Below, in pieces: positions 1-9,193 of a DNA stretch of 64,000 nucleotides (the first letter of the stretch is position 1; each line of letters begins with the position of its first letter). The notes beneath the pieces were generated by a model. It saw only the letters and a list, made by a program, of their open reading frames with translations. It did not search any database and was not told the DNA's origin. The DNA comes from a virus (Duplodnaviria; Caudoviricetes): positions 96,001 to 160,000 of the IMG/VR virus record IMGVR_UViG_3300028591_005215; one strand, written 5' to 3'. The position numbers and the translations under genes are program-made.

Positions 1-392
1 GTAATATTAAGTTCAATTTTACCTACAAGCGTTCTACCTTCCCAATGCAACTCAGTGATGTTATGTGATATTCTTCCAAGGTCTATTGTAGATTCAGCTG
101 GGTGATTTAATTCTCCATATGCCCTATGCTCTGCTATCTTTTGTTGGTAAATCTCTACTTGCTTTTTCAACACGTCTTCAGGATATACTCTTCCGTTAGC
201 ATTTTTAATATCAAATTTCTGAAATACAGCATCTACAACAAATGGATAAGGAACGTGCCATCCACCGTCTTCTATTCCTTCTTTGATTGTTCTGTTTTTC
301 CCTTCGTTTAAAGAAATATACCCATCATTATCTATAATAAGTCCTTTACCTGTCTTACCTTTCTTTATTTCTATTAATTCATTTTTATTCAT
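1..392 (-). CDS. Prohead core protease, T4 gp21-like (partial; runs off the window start)
   Basis: Not in the ORF track. Manual translation from ATG at 392: MNKNELIEIKKGKTG...FQKFDIKNANGRVYPEDVL...RAYGELNHPAESTIDLGRISHNI. NxNGRxYP and GELxHP are gp21-family motifs. Confidence 0.9.
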   Translation of the reverse strand, partial: MNKNELIEIKKGKTGKGLIIDNDGYISLNEGKNRTIKEGIEDGGWHVPYPFVVDAVFQKFDIKNANGRVYPEDVLKKQVEIYQQKIAEHRAYGELNHPAESTIDLGRISHNITELHWEGRTLVGKIELNI

Positions 393-670
393 AATGCAAT
401 ATTTATTACTATATAATAAATATGTTTTTATAGTGAAAATATCTTAGACAATTTTTGATAAAATAAATAAAGAATGACAAAATAACGCTGACTTGCTGAA
501 TAGGCAATAGAACTTATTTAATTCACAAAAATGGTAAATAGTAGGGAATAATGAATAAAAATTAATATAATGTGCCATTTATTGTGTATTGTGGCATTCT
601 TTTTTAATATTTTTTACTTTAATTATATATTTATATTTAAAATAACTTAAAAATTTATTTTTTCAAATAA

Positions 671-2251
671 ATGAAGAAAAATAACAAAATAAGAAGCAAA
701 GTTGTAAAGGAATCTTTATTAGACTACAACAATCTTGCTAATACATTGAAAGAGAACACCACTGCTGCTGTAAGGGATTTACTTTCTGAAGCAGTACGTG
801 ATACATACTCTAAAATCCTTATGGAAGATGACGAAAAGGATTATGATGTAGAAGAAGTGGATGATACAGATTCTGAAACAGATGCAGACGAAGACGTAAC
901 AGCTGATGATTCAGCTGACGCAGAAGGTTCTGACGATGTTACTGACGATGCTGAAGCCACTGAAGATATTGATACTGACAATGATGGTGAAGTTGATGAC
1001 GCTGAATCAGAAGAAGGTGTTGATGATGAAGGTGCTTTAACAGGTGAAACAAGTGCATCTGGTGAGAACGAAGACGGTGATGAATGGTCTGAGTTTGACA
1101 AATATAAGGTTTCAGATGATGAGTATGACTTCTCAAATGCGGAAGACGATGAAATCGTAAAAGTTTACAAGTTATTGAATAATGATGACCAAGTTATTGT
1201 TAATAAAACTGATGATAATAAAGTTAGCATTAAAGATAACGAAGCAGGTACAGAATACCTTGTTGACTTAGGTTGTGAATCTGAAGGATTTGCTGATGAT
1301 GACACTGAAGATTTCGGTGATGAAGATGGGCTTGAAGAAGGAAATGATTTCAGTGCCGATGACGATGCAGATTTAGAAGATGAAGATGACTTTGATAACG
1401 AAGAAGATGATATGAATGAATCTAGAATTTATGAAATAGCTCTTGATGAATATGATTCACATGTTGGCTATACTGACAATTATCAGAGTAAGAGTCCATT
1501 AGACACAAAAGGCTTGAAGGTCGCAGATGACAAAGACAAGAACGATTGGGGTTCTAAAGGCTTGAAAGATAGAGGGGATTCTAAACCTTGGTCAGGAAAG
1601 AAAAATAATGCAAGTGAAAATCAGCCATTTACAGGTGCTAAAGGTAAAACCGTTGAAGAGGAAGATGAAATCGAAGGCGGTGATGCAAACGCTAATATCG
1701 CAGAAAGTGCTGGCGAAATGGGTGCACGAAGAGGTGCTAAAGCAAGAATGGTAGGAACTAAGTTCCATAGAACAAATTCAAGTGGTAATAAGCATCCTTA
1801 TGGTCAACATCACGTATCTACAGCTGGTGAATATGAAGGTGATGACAATGGTGCAGCTACAAACGAATCAATCATTCGCAAAGCTAACAAGATTTTCGCT
1901 GAAAACAAAGAACTTAAACAAGCTTTAGGCAAGTTTAAGAATGTTCTTGAAGAAGCTGCTGTTACTAACCTTAATTTAGGTCAAATCATTAAATTGATTT
2001 CTGAAAACACAACAACACAGAATGAAAAGAAAGAAATCATTGCAAGATTTGGCAAGGAAGCTAAAACAGTAGAGCAGTCAAAGAATTTGTATGAATCTAT
2101 TTCAAGAGATTTGAAGAAAAAAGATACTATGAATCTTGATGAAAGTAGGCAATATAATGTCGAAGGTTCAAAACAAATTAACGAAACACAAATCTATCAA
2201 TCAAAGGATTTAATTGATTCACTTGATTTAATGCATAGACTTTGTAAGTAA
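671..2251 (+). CDS. Prohead scaffold/core protein (gp22-like position), very acidic with a C-terminal coiled coil
   Basis: 526 aa, D/E-rich, directly upstream of the MCP. Many hydrophobic-X-E sites (LKE, LSE, LME, MNE, IAE, ISE, LYE, LDE, INE). Confidence 0.7.
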   Translation: MKKNNKIRSKVVKESLLDYNNLANTLKENTTAAVRDLLSEAVRDTYSKILMEDDEKDYDVEEVDDTDSETDADEDVTADDSADAEGSDDVTDDAEATEDIDTDNDGEVDDAESEEGVDDEGALTGETSASGENEDGDEWSEFDKYKVSDDEYDFSNAEDDEIVKVYKLLNNDDQVIVNKTDDNKVSIKDNEAGTEYLVDLGCESEGFADDDTEDFGDEDGLEEGNDFSADDDADLEDEDDFDNEEDDMNESRIYEIALDEYDSHVGYTDNYQSKSPLDTKGLKVADDKDKNDWGSKGLKDRGDSKPWSGKKNNASENQPFTGAKGKTVEEEDEIEGGDANANIAESAGEMGARRGAKARMVGTKFHRTNSSGNKHPYGQHHVSTAGEYEGDDNGAATNESIIRKANKIFAENKELKQALGKFKNVLEEAAVTNLNLGQIIKLISENTTTQNEKKEIIARFGKEAKTVEQSKNLYESISRDLKKKDTMNLDESRQYNVEGSKQINETQIYQSKDLIDSLDLMHRLCK

Positions 2252-2300
2252 TTAAAAAAAAAATAAATTAAAATTTTTATTAATAAAAATCTTTTTATAA

Positions 2301-4283
2301 ATGAGAGAATTTTTAACTAGCGGTCAAGTTGGTAATATCGAATTGAACGCACAAAAGAAAATACGTGAAGACATCCAGAATCGTTGGGACCAGTTAGGCT
2401 TTACTGAAGGCCTTGATGGCACAATTAAAGAAAATGTCGCTACGTTGTATGAAAACGAAGCAAAGCACTTGATTTATGAGGCCACTGCTTCTGATAACTC
2501 TGGTTCATTTGAAACTGTAGTTTTCCCTATTATCCGTAGGGTATTCAGCAAGTTGCTTGCTAATGATATCGTTTCAGTTCAGGCTATGAACTTGCCAGTA
2601 GGTAAATTGTTCTTCATTCTTCCTGTAACAAGTGAAAGAGAATGGGAAGTTCCTGCTGCTGGTGCTGCTGATGCAGCTGCTGGTGACATTGTAGATGGTA
2701 CTACAGGTCGTCACAAAGGTTTGATGGGTTATGACCGTACAAACCGTAACAAGGAAGGTCGTGTTGAGCCACGTTACTATCTTCCTGATGAAACTATCAA
2801 AGATTTGGATAAAGAAAAGTGGTATGTTCCTCAGTTGAATCAGACACCAGAAGATGCTACTACTTACGAAGCAGCATTGGAAGCAGCTAAGGCTGAAGGT
2901 CTTGGCGTAACCGCATTGCGTCAGGCAGGTCCTGAAGTTACTCAGTATTTCGAAAAGAGCTTGTATGACTTGTTCTACAATGATTTCTTGTATGATAACT
3001 CTAAGGGTAAGGTAACTATCAAGGTTGGTGAAGCTAAACTTGCTAAACTTACTCCACGTGGTATGGAAGATTTCGTAGATGGCGATTCTGTACAGGTTAA
3101 CGGTTTCGATGGTACTGTTCGTAACGTAATTCTTAAAGTTGGTGGTTTCTCAAGCTTCAACGCTTCTAAATTGACAGGTCCTGATGGCAACGAAATGGAC
3201 ACTGAAGGTTTCTTAGCTTCTTTGAAAGTTATCACTACACAGGCTATTGCAGCTGGTGAAGTTGAAGGTGCAAGTGGTGTTACTACTGCTTCTTTCAAGA
3301 AATACGAATCAGTTCCTTTCCGTGTTGCTACACAGAAATATGGTAAAGGTATCGTAGAATATGGTTCAGCTTGTGATGCTGAAGGTTATATGTACATCGA
3401 ACTTGATTTGGCTAAACCAGTAGTTCAGCAAGCAGGTACAATTGATGGTTATGTTGGTGTTAACCCATCAGCAATAGCAGACGCTTCAATGTTTAAAGTG
3501 GCTTGGGCTCAGTATGATTCACTTGAATTGGAAACTGAAATTGGTGAAGTTTCTTTCAAACTTGATTCAGTAACTGTATCAGTAGAAGAAAGAAAACTAC
3601 GTGCTACTTGGTCACCTGAATTGGCTCAGGATGTTAGTGCATTCCACAACATCGATGCTGAAGCTGAATTGACAGCTATTCTTTCTGAACAGATTGCAGC
3701 TGAAATTGACCGTGAAATTCTTCGTGACTTGCGTAAGGGTGCACCTTGGCAGGCTCGTTGGGATGTAAATGGTTGGAGACGTATGGCAGCATTCTCAACT
3801 AACTACACTCAGAAAGATTGGAATCAGGAATTGTTCACAAAGATTAATCAGATTTCTGCTCAGATTCATAAGGCTACACTACGTGGTGGTGCAAACTTCA
3901 TTGTAGTTTCTTCTGAAATTTCTGCATTGTTCGATAACTTGGAATACTTCCACGTTTCTGATGCAAGCGCTGAATCAGACCAGTACAATATGGGTATCGA
4001 AAAGATTGGTTCTTTGAACGGTCGTTATCAAGTATATCGTGACCCATATTCTCCACATTGGTCAATCATTATTGGTCACAAGGGTAAGTCACTTCTTGAT
4101 ACAGGCTACATCTATGCACCATATGTACCAATGCAGTTGACCCCTACAATCTACAACCCATTCAACTTTGCACCTGTTAAGGGTATTATGACTCGTTATG
4201 CTAAGAAGATGGTTAACAACCGTTACTACGGTCATGTACGTGTTGATGGTCTTGTACATTGGGATATTTCTGAATTGAGATAA
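2301..4283 (+). CDS. Major capsid protein, T4 gp23-like
   Basis: PIIRRVFSKLLANDIVSVQAMNLPVGKLF, RKLRATWSPELAQDVSAFHNIDAEAELTAILSEQIAAEIDREI and GYIYAPYVPM...FAPVKGIMTRY are gp23-family motifs; 660 aa. Confidence 0.97.
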   Translation: MREFLTSGQVGNIELNAQKKIREDIQNRWDQLGFTEGLDGTIKENVATLYENEAKHLIYEATASDNSGSFETVVFPIIRRVFSKLLANDIVSVQAMNLPVGKLFFILPVTSEREWEVPAAGAADAAAGDIVDGTTGRHKGLMGYDRTNRNKEGRVEPRYYLPDETIKDLDKEKWYVPQLNQTPEDATTYEAALEAAKAEGLGVTALRQAGPEVTQYFEKSLYDLFYNDFLYDNSKGKVTIKVGEAKLAKLTPRGMEDFVDGDSVQVNGFDGTVRNVILKVGGFSSFNASKLTGPDGNEMDTEGFLASLKVITTQAIAAGEVEGASGVTTASFKKYESVPFRVATQKYGKGIVEYGSACDAEGYMYIELDLAKPVVQQAGTIDGYVGVNPSAIADASMFKVAWAQYDSLELETEIGEVSFKLDSVTVSVEERKLRATWSPELAQDVSAFHNIDAEAELTAILSEQIAAEIDREILRDLRKGAPWQARWDVNGWRRMAAFSTNYTQKDWNQELFTKINQISAQIHKATLRGGANFIVVSSEISALFDNLEYFHVSDASAESDQYNMGIEKIGSLNGRYQVYRDPYSPHWSIIIGHKGKSLLDTGYIYAPYVPMQLTPTIYNPFNFAPVKGIMTRYAKKMVNNRYYGHVRVDGLVHWDISELR

Positions 4284-4310
4284 TAATCTATTTAGATTAT
4301 GCTTTATATA

Positions 4311-4344
4311 AAAGAAGGGTTCTTAATTGAGCTCTTCTTTTTTT
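4311..4344 (+). terminator. Intrinsic terminator after the MCP
   Basis: AAAGAAGGGTTC-TTAATT-GAGCTCTTCTTT hairpin followed by a T run. Confidence 0.8.
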
Positions 4345-4373
4345 GTTTTTTTTATTATTTTATTATATATTTG
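4342..4373 (+). promoter_or_regulatory. Bacteroidota-type promoter for the endonuclease gene
   Basis: TTTG (4342-4345), 20-nt spacer, TATATTTG (4366-4373); matches the -33 TTTG / -7 TAnnTTTG consensus. Confidence 0.6.
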
Positions 4374-4402
4374 TTCAAATATATGCTAAAAAAAAACAAT
4401 AA

Positions 4403-5914
4403 ATGCCAAAAAAAAGAATAACCTGTACTAAAGATTTTATAGAAAAAGCTAAAGAAATACATAATGATTTTTATGACTATTCCAAAGCAATTTTCAATAA
4501 AAGTAGTGAACCAATAACTATAATTTGCCCAATACATGGTGAATTTTTGCAAACACCAGAAAAGCATTTAAAAGGAAGGGGTTGTCCTAAATGTGGTGTA
4601 ATTAAACGAGCTAAAAAACGAACATATACCACTGAAACATTTATAGAAAAAGCTAAAGAAATACATAATGATTTTTATGATTATTCTAAAACAGAATATT
4701 TAAAAAGTAAAGAAAAAGTAATTGTTACCTGCCCACTGCATGGCGATTTCTTAATAAGCCCAAATAAGCATTTATGCGGGGAAGGATGCAATGAATGTAA
4801 AAAAGATAAAATACACAAATCTTTAACAAAAGATAATAGTCTTTTTAAAGAACAGTCATTTTCAGTTCATAATGGTAAATATGATTACAGTAAATCAATA
4901 TATAAAGGTGCTAAAGAATATATTAGTATAATATGTCATGAAAAGGATGAGAAGGGGAAAGAACATGGTGAATTTTTAATGACACCAGATGCCCATTTAA
5001 ATCAAAAACAAGGATGCCCTAAATGCGCTAAAATAGAATCACAAGCTGAAAATGAAATATATGAATTTGTTTGCAATATTATTGGTAAAGAAAACATACG
5101 TAAAAATGATAGAATTATTTTAAAAGGACTTGAATTAGACATTTATATACCATCTCTTCAAATAGCAATAGAATATAATGGTATTAGGTGGCATTCTGAA
5201 ATGTATAAAGATGATAAATTTTATCATTTAAATAAATTAAATAAATGCAACGAGCATGGTATTGCTCTTATTAATATATTTGAAGATGAATATATTAATA
5301 ATAAAAATTTAGTTCTTCAAAAGATAAAGCACATTTTGAAATGCGAAACTGACTTACCGAAAATAATGGCAAGAAAATGTGCTATAAGGGAAATTGATAA
5401 AGAATCAGCTGAAATATTTCTTAATAAAAATCATATACAAGGGTTTGTTAATTCCACTATTTATCTTGGCTGTTTTTATAATAATTTACTTGTAGGTGTA
5501 ATGACATTTTTAAAAGAAAAAGAAAGACAATGGAATTTAACAAGATTTGCTTCCATCAATAATTATATTTGCAATGGTGTTGGTGGCAAGTTATTTAAAT
5601 ATTTTGTAAGAACTTATAACCCATTAAATGTAAAATCATTTGCAGATAGAAGATGGACTTTAAGAAAAGAAAACAATATATATGTTCAATTAGGCTTTAA
5701 ATTAGATGATATTTTACCACCTGACTATAGATATTACTACCCTAAAGAATTTGGCATTAATAGAATGCACAAATTTGGTTTTAGGAAACAAATATTAAAT
5801 AAAAAATATGGTTTGCCACTTACTATGTCTGAAAGCGAAATGTGTCATGCGATAGGTGCTTATCGAATATATGATTGTGGGTTATTTAAATATGTATGGA
5901 AAAAAATAGAATGA
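4403..5914 (+). CDS. Free-standing putative homing endonuclease: Zn-finger repeats, Vsr/EDxHD-like nuclease, C-terminal GNAT-like domain
   Basis: Three repeats like IICPIHGEFLQTPEKHLKGRGCPKC; ELDIYIPSLQIAIEYNGIRWHS; C-terminal LTRFAS...GVGGKLF...SFADRRW...LGF. Paralogous to 53845..55137. Confidence 0.8.
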   Translation: MPKKRITCTKDFIEKAKEIHNDFYDYSKAIFNKSSEPITIICPIHGEFLQTPEKHLKGRGCPKCGVIKRAKKRTYTTETFIEKAKEIHNDFYDYSKTEYLKSKEKVIVTCPLHGDFLISPNKHLCGEGCNECKKDKIHKSLTKDNSLFKEQSFSVHNGKYDYSKSIYKGAKEYISIICHEKDEKGKEHGEFLMTPDAHLNQKQGCPKCAKIESQAENEIYEFVCNIIGKENIRKNDRIILKGLELDIYIPSLQIAIEYNGIRWHSEMYKDDKFYHLNKLNKCNEHGIALINIFEDEYINNKNLVLQKIKHILKCETDLPKIMARKCAIREIDKESAEIFLNKNHIQGFVNSTIYLGCFYNNLLVGVMTFLKEKERQWNLTRFASINNYICNGVGGKLFKYFVRTYNPLNVKSFADRRWTLRKENNIYVQLGFKLDDILPPDYRYYYPKEFGINRMHKFGFRKQILNKKYGLPLTMSESEMCHAIGAYRIYDCGLFKYVWKKIE

Positions 5915-5950
5915 AAGAGGGGCTCTTAATTGAGTCCCTCTTTTTTTTTA
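5914..5950 (+). terminator. Intrinsic terminator after the endonuclease
   Basis: AAAGAGGGGCTC-TTAATT-GAGTCCCTCTTT plus long T run. Confidence 0.8.
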
Positions 5951-5983
5951 TTTTTTTTTATTTCATTTACGATTTTCGCTAAA

Positions 5984-5990
5984 TATTTAT
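5984..5990 (+). promoter_or_regulatory. Putative late promoter motif TATTTAT (representative copy)
   Basis: Same gene-oriented motif at 628, 13037, 13081, 15533, 38148, 39810, 41937, 57771, 61634, 63330 (+) and 416, 17232, 20299, 25226, 38143, 59046 (-). Confidence 0.6.
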
Positions 5991-6024
5991 ATAAAAATAA
6001 GCATTTAAAAATTAGCATAATATT

Positions 6025-6297
6025 ATGAAACAAATTTTTGACCCATTGGCATTTTATGAAACGATGCCATCAAACGTAAAAAGCGTTAATTATATTAATG
6101 GGGACTTTAATCCTGACCATAAGGGCGATTATAGGAAAGGTATTAGCAAAACTGCTATGGAAGTAACTGATGCACTTGCAGACGATAACTTACCATTTGT
6201 GGATATACATGATTTCGAAGCTAATCAAACATTTACTGAATCAGTTAAACCTGGTAAAAAGGATGAAATTACTGAAGAAGTTAATGATGGTGAATAA
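6025..6297 (+). CDS. Hypothetical protein, probably virion-associated
   Basis: 90-aa ORF after a TATTTAT motif. N-terminal FDPLAFYE loosely resembles the (E/D)PYGY N-termini of the next two genes. Confidence 0.7.
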   Translation: MKQIFDPLAFYETMPSNVKSVNYINGDFNPDHKGDYRKGISKTAMEVTDALADDNLPFVDIHDFEANQTFTESVKPGKKDEITEEVNDGE

Positions 6298-6329
6298 TAT
6301 AAGTTAAAAAGTTAATAAAATAATAAATA

Positions 6330-8054
6330 ATGAGTGATAAAACAAGACATTTAGAACCATATGGATATAATACAGACTATGCTTACGAAGCTCAAAAATG
6401 CTGCTGCAATGCAGATAATGGAAAAGATAAAGAACAAGACGCAAGACTTGGTAGAGTGGATGAAGAATTGGCTCAAGTTGCAGGTGTCATTAACGGATGT
6501 GTTGACGACATTACAGAATTGTCTGGAAAAGTTGAAACAATTGATAACGAAATCTTGTCAATTAACGAAAGAGACGATAACCAAGATGCAGAACTTTCAA
6601 AATTATCAAAAAAAGTAGATACATGCGTAAGCATTAGTTCAATGACTGAATTAGAAGAAGCAGTTGTTGCGGAACTAAGGGATGATTTTTACACAAAACA
6701 GCAAACAAATGAAATATTTGCAACAATTGAAATGGTTTCTGGGTTAAGCAATGATAAAGCTGATGCTACTGAAGTGGAAGAATTGAAAAATAAAGTGGAA
6801 CAATTGCATGAAACTACAGATTCTTTAACAGCAGTTAAAGCTGACAAAGAAACTGTTAATGCACAAATTGATACTATTAACCAAAACGTAGTACAAATTA
6901 CTGACACATTAAATCAAAATTTGGTTAACGTTACAAACAATTTAATTTCACAAATAAATGCTACAACATCTACTGCTGATGAAGCTAAAAGAATTGCTGA
7001 TACTGCATACATGAATGATAAATATACAAGGGAACTTGTGGATAAAAGCATCGAAGATGCTAAAGATTTGTCAGATGAAATTGCTTCCAATTCAGAATTC
7101 ATAAGCAACATTTCTGCTAAAGTTCAGGAAATTGATGCTACACTTGAAAATAAAGCTGATATTTCATATGTTGATGAAAAAAATGATGAAATTTCTAATT
7201 TATCTGAAGAAGTGTCAGAAATTTCAGTTAAAATAGACTCGTATGACGCATATGTTAAAAGCATAGCAAACGAAAAAGCAAACCTTTCAGACTTTAATGA
7301 ACTATCTAATGATGTTAAGAACTTAGAAAATGAAGTGGAATCTAAAGCTAATGCTTCTGATTTAAATGAAGTAAAAGAAAACGTTGAAAATAATAATGAA
7401 AAAATTGAAGCTTTAGAACAAACTAAACAAGATGCAGGTGATTATGTAAGCGTTTCAATGCTTAATGATTATTACACAAAAGATGAAGCTGTTTCAAAGG
7501 ATGATTTGTCAGCAGAAATGATTAAAAAACAACCACTTGGTAATTATGTGAGTGCTGCGACACTTGATAATTATTATACCAAGGCTGAAACAACGCCTGT
7601 AAGTGAATTTAATGATTTCAAAACTGAAATAGAAGCTGAAGTTAATAGTAAAGCTGATAAAGAAGCATTATCTACCACGGCAAATAAGGCTAATACAGCT
7701 TCAGAAAAAGCACTTGAAGCGTTGAGTGAAACTGAAAACTTGACTAACAAAATTGAACTTGTTAATAGTGAGCTAAATGTGCTAAATAGTGATATTGAAG
7801 GTCTTGATAATTCTATTTCTAATAACACAACTTTAATATCAAAAATTGCTGATATTAACAACTTATCATCATATGTCGAAGGTGGTAAATATGTTAATAA
7901 TGGTAATGGTGTACTTGATGTTTTGCATAAAAAATTCCATTTGTTAATTAATGGCTTAGATGAAAGTGATTCAGGACTGTTAGGTGTTATATATCAAATG
8001 CAATCTGAAATTAATAACTTGAAAGAAAGAATAACAAATTTAGAAAATAATTAA
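6330..8054 (+). CDS. Long coiled-coil fibre-like protein
   Basis: 574 aa with heptad character, KAD and YYTK fibre-type motifs; shares the TADEAKRIADTAY.NDKYTRELVDK cassette with 8057..9157. Confidence 0.65.
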   Translation: MSDKTRHLEPYGYNTDYAYEAQKCCCNADNGKDKEQDARLGRVDEELAQVAGVINGCVDDITELSGKVETIDNEILSINERDDNQDAELSKLSKKVDTCVSISSMTELEEAVVAELRDDFYTKQQTNEIFATIEMVSGLSNDKADATEVEELKNKVEQLHETTDSLTAVKADKETVNAQIDTINQNVVQITDTLNQNLVNVTNNLISQINATTSTADEAKRIADTAYMNDKYTRELVDKSIEDAKDLSDEIASNSEFISNISAKVQEIDATLENKADISYVDEKNDEISNLSEEVSEISVKIDSYDAYVKSIANEKANLSDFNELSNDVKNLENEVESKANASDLNEVKENVENNNEKIEALEQTKQDAGDYVSVSMLNDYYTKDEAVSKDDLSAEMIKKQPLGNYVSAATLDNYYTKAETTPVSEFNDFKTEIEAEVNSKADKEALSTTANKANTASEKALEALSETENLTNKIELVNSELNVLNSDIEGLDNSISNNTTLISKIADINNLSSYVEGGKYVNNGNGVLDVLHKKFHLLINGLDESDSGLLGVIYQMQSEINNLKERITNLENN

Positions 8055-8056
8055 AA

Positions 8057-9157
8057 ATGGGTATAAGAATTAAATATCCAGACCCTTATGGATATGAAGA
8101 GCAACCTAAGTTTGATGGTCTTTCAACTGACCTGTCTAAAATTAAGGGTAAAAATGATGAACAGGATAAAGTCAATATCAAACAAGATGCTGAAATTGCT
8201 AATCTTGACGAAACTAACAAAAAGCAAGACGTAGAAATCGAAAATAAGAAAATTACTGTAGAACAAGAAGGTAATCTATTCATATTCTATCAAGGTGGCG
8301 AAAAAATAGCATCTATTTATCAGGAAGAAGGCTCAGGCTCAACTGTTGTTGGTGGTGAGCTTTCTGATGGTGGTAATACATTGACCATCATAAAAGATAG
8401 TGGTAGTAACGTTAATATTGACATATCTCAACTTATTAATGAAGTTGAATTAAATGCTGTTGTTAATGCTATTAATACCAATATTGTTGGTGTCACAAAT
8501 AATCTTCATCAAGAAATTACTGACACCAATACTACATTAAACGCAGTTAAAGATACTGCTGATGAAGCTAAAAGAATCGCTGATACTGCTTATTTGAATG
8601 ACAAGTATACAAGGGAACTTGTTGACAAGAATACGGCAGATATTGCTAAAATTGATGAAGATATTGAAGCTAAAATAGGGGATGCAGTTGAAGACTTGAC
8701 TGATGCAATTTCTGCTGGTGACAAGGCTAATGAAGACGCCATTAATGAAGTTAAAGAAGACTTACAGAATAATTACATGAATTCTGAAGCCACCACTAAT
8801 TTCATAAGTGGTACTGTTGACACTATGATTGCATCTAAAGGTTACATTAGTAATGAATCGTTCAATAATGAAATCAAGCCTTCATTAGATGAAGAATACG
8901 CAAGTAAAGAAGAATTGCATCAAGAAGTTGCTGAAGGCATTGCTAAAGTAGTTGCAGATGCCCCTGAAGACTTAGACACATTAAAAGAAGTTGCTGACTA
9001 CATAGCTTCTGATAAAACAAAAGCATCTGAAATTGAAGTCAAAATAGCTAAAAATGCTGAAGACATTGAAAATCTTTCTACAAAAGTAACTGAAGAGTAT
9101 GCAGAAAAAAAATCAGTAGAAGAATTAATTAGCATGCTTCAATCAGATATTTATTAA
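8057..9157 (+). CDS. Coiled-coil fibre-like protein
   Basis: Contains VVADAPEDLDTLKEVADYI, an APEDLDTLxE motif common in phage fibres; N-terminal PYGY. Confidence 0.65.
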   Translation: MGIRIKYPDPYGYEEQPKFDGLSTDLSKIKGKNDEQDKVNIKQDAEIANLDETNKKQDVEIENKKITVEQEGNLFIFYQGGEKIASIYQEEGSGSTVVGGELSDGGNTLTIIKDSGSNVNIDISQLINEVELNAVVNAINTNIVGVTNNLHQEITDTNTTLNAVKDTADEAKRIADTAYLNDKYTRELVDKNTADIAKIDEDIEAKIGDAVEDLTDAISAGDKANEDAINEVKEDLQNNYMNSEATTNFISGTVDTMIASKGYISNESFNNEIKPSLDEEYASKEELHQEVAEGIAKVVADAPEDLDTLKEVADYIASDKTKASEIEVKIAKNAEDIENLSTKVTEEYAEKKSVEELISMLQSDIY

Positions 9158-9193
9158 TAACTAACATTTTTAAATTTTAAAAAATTAATCATT

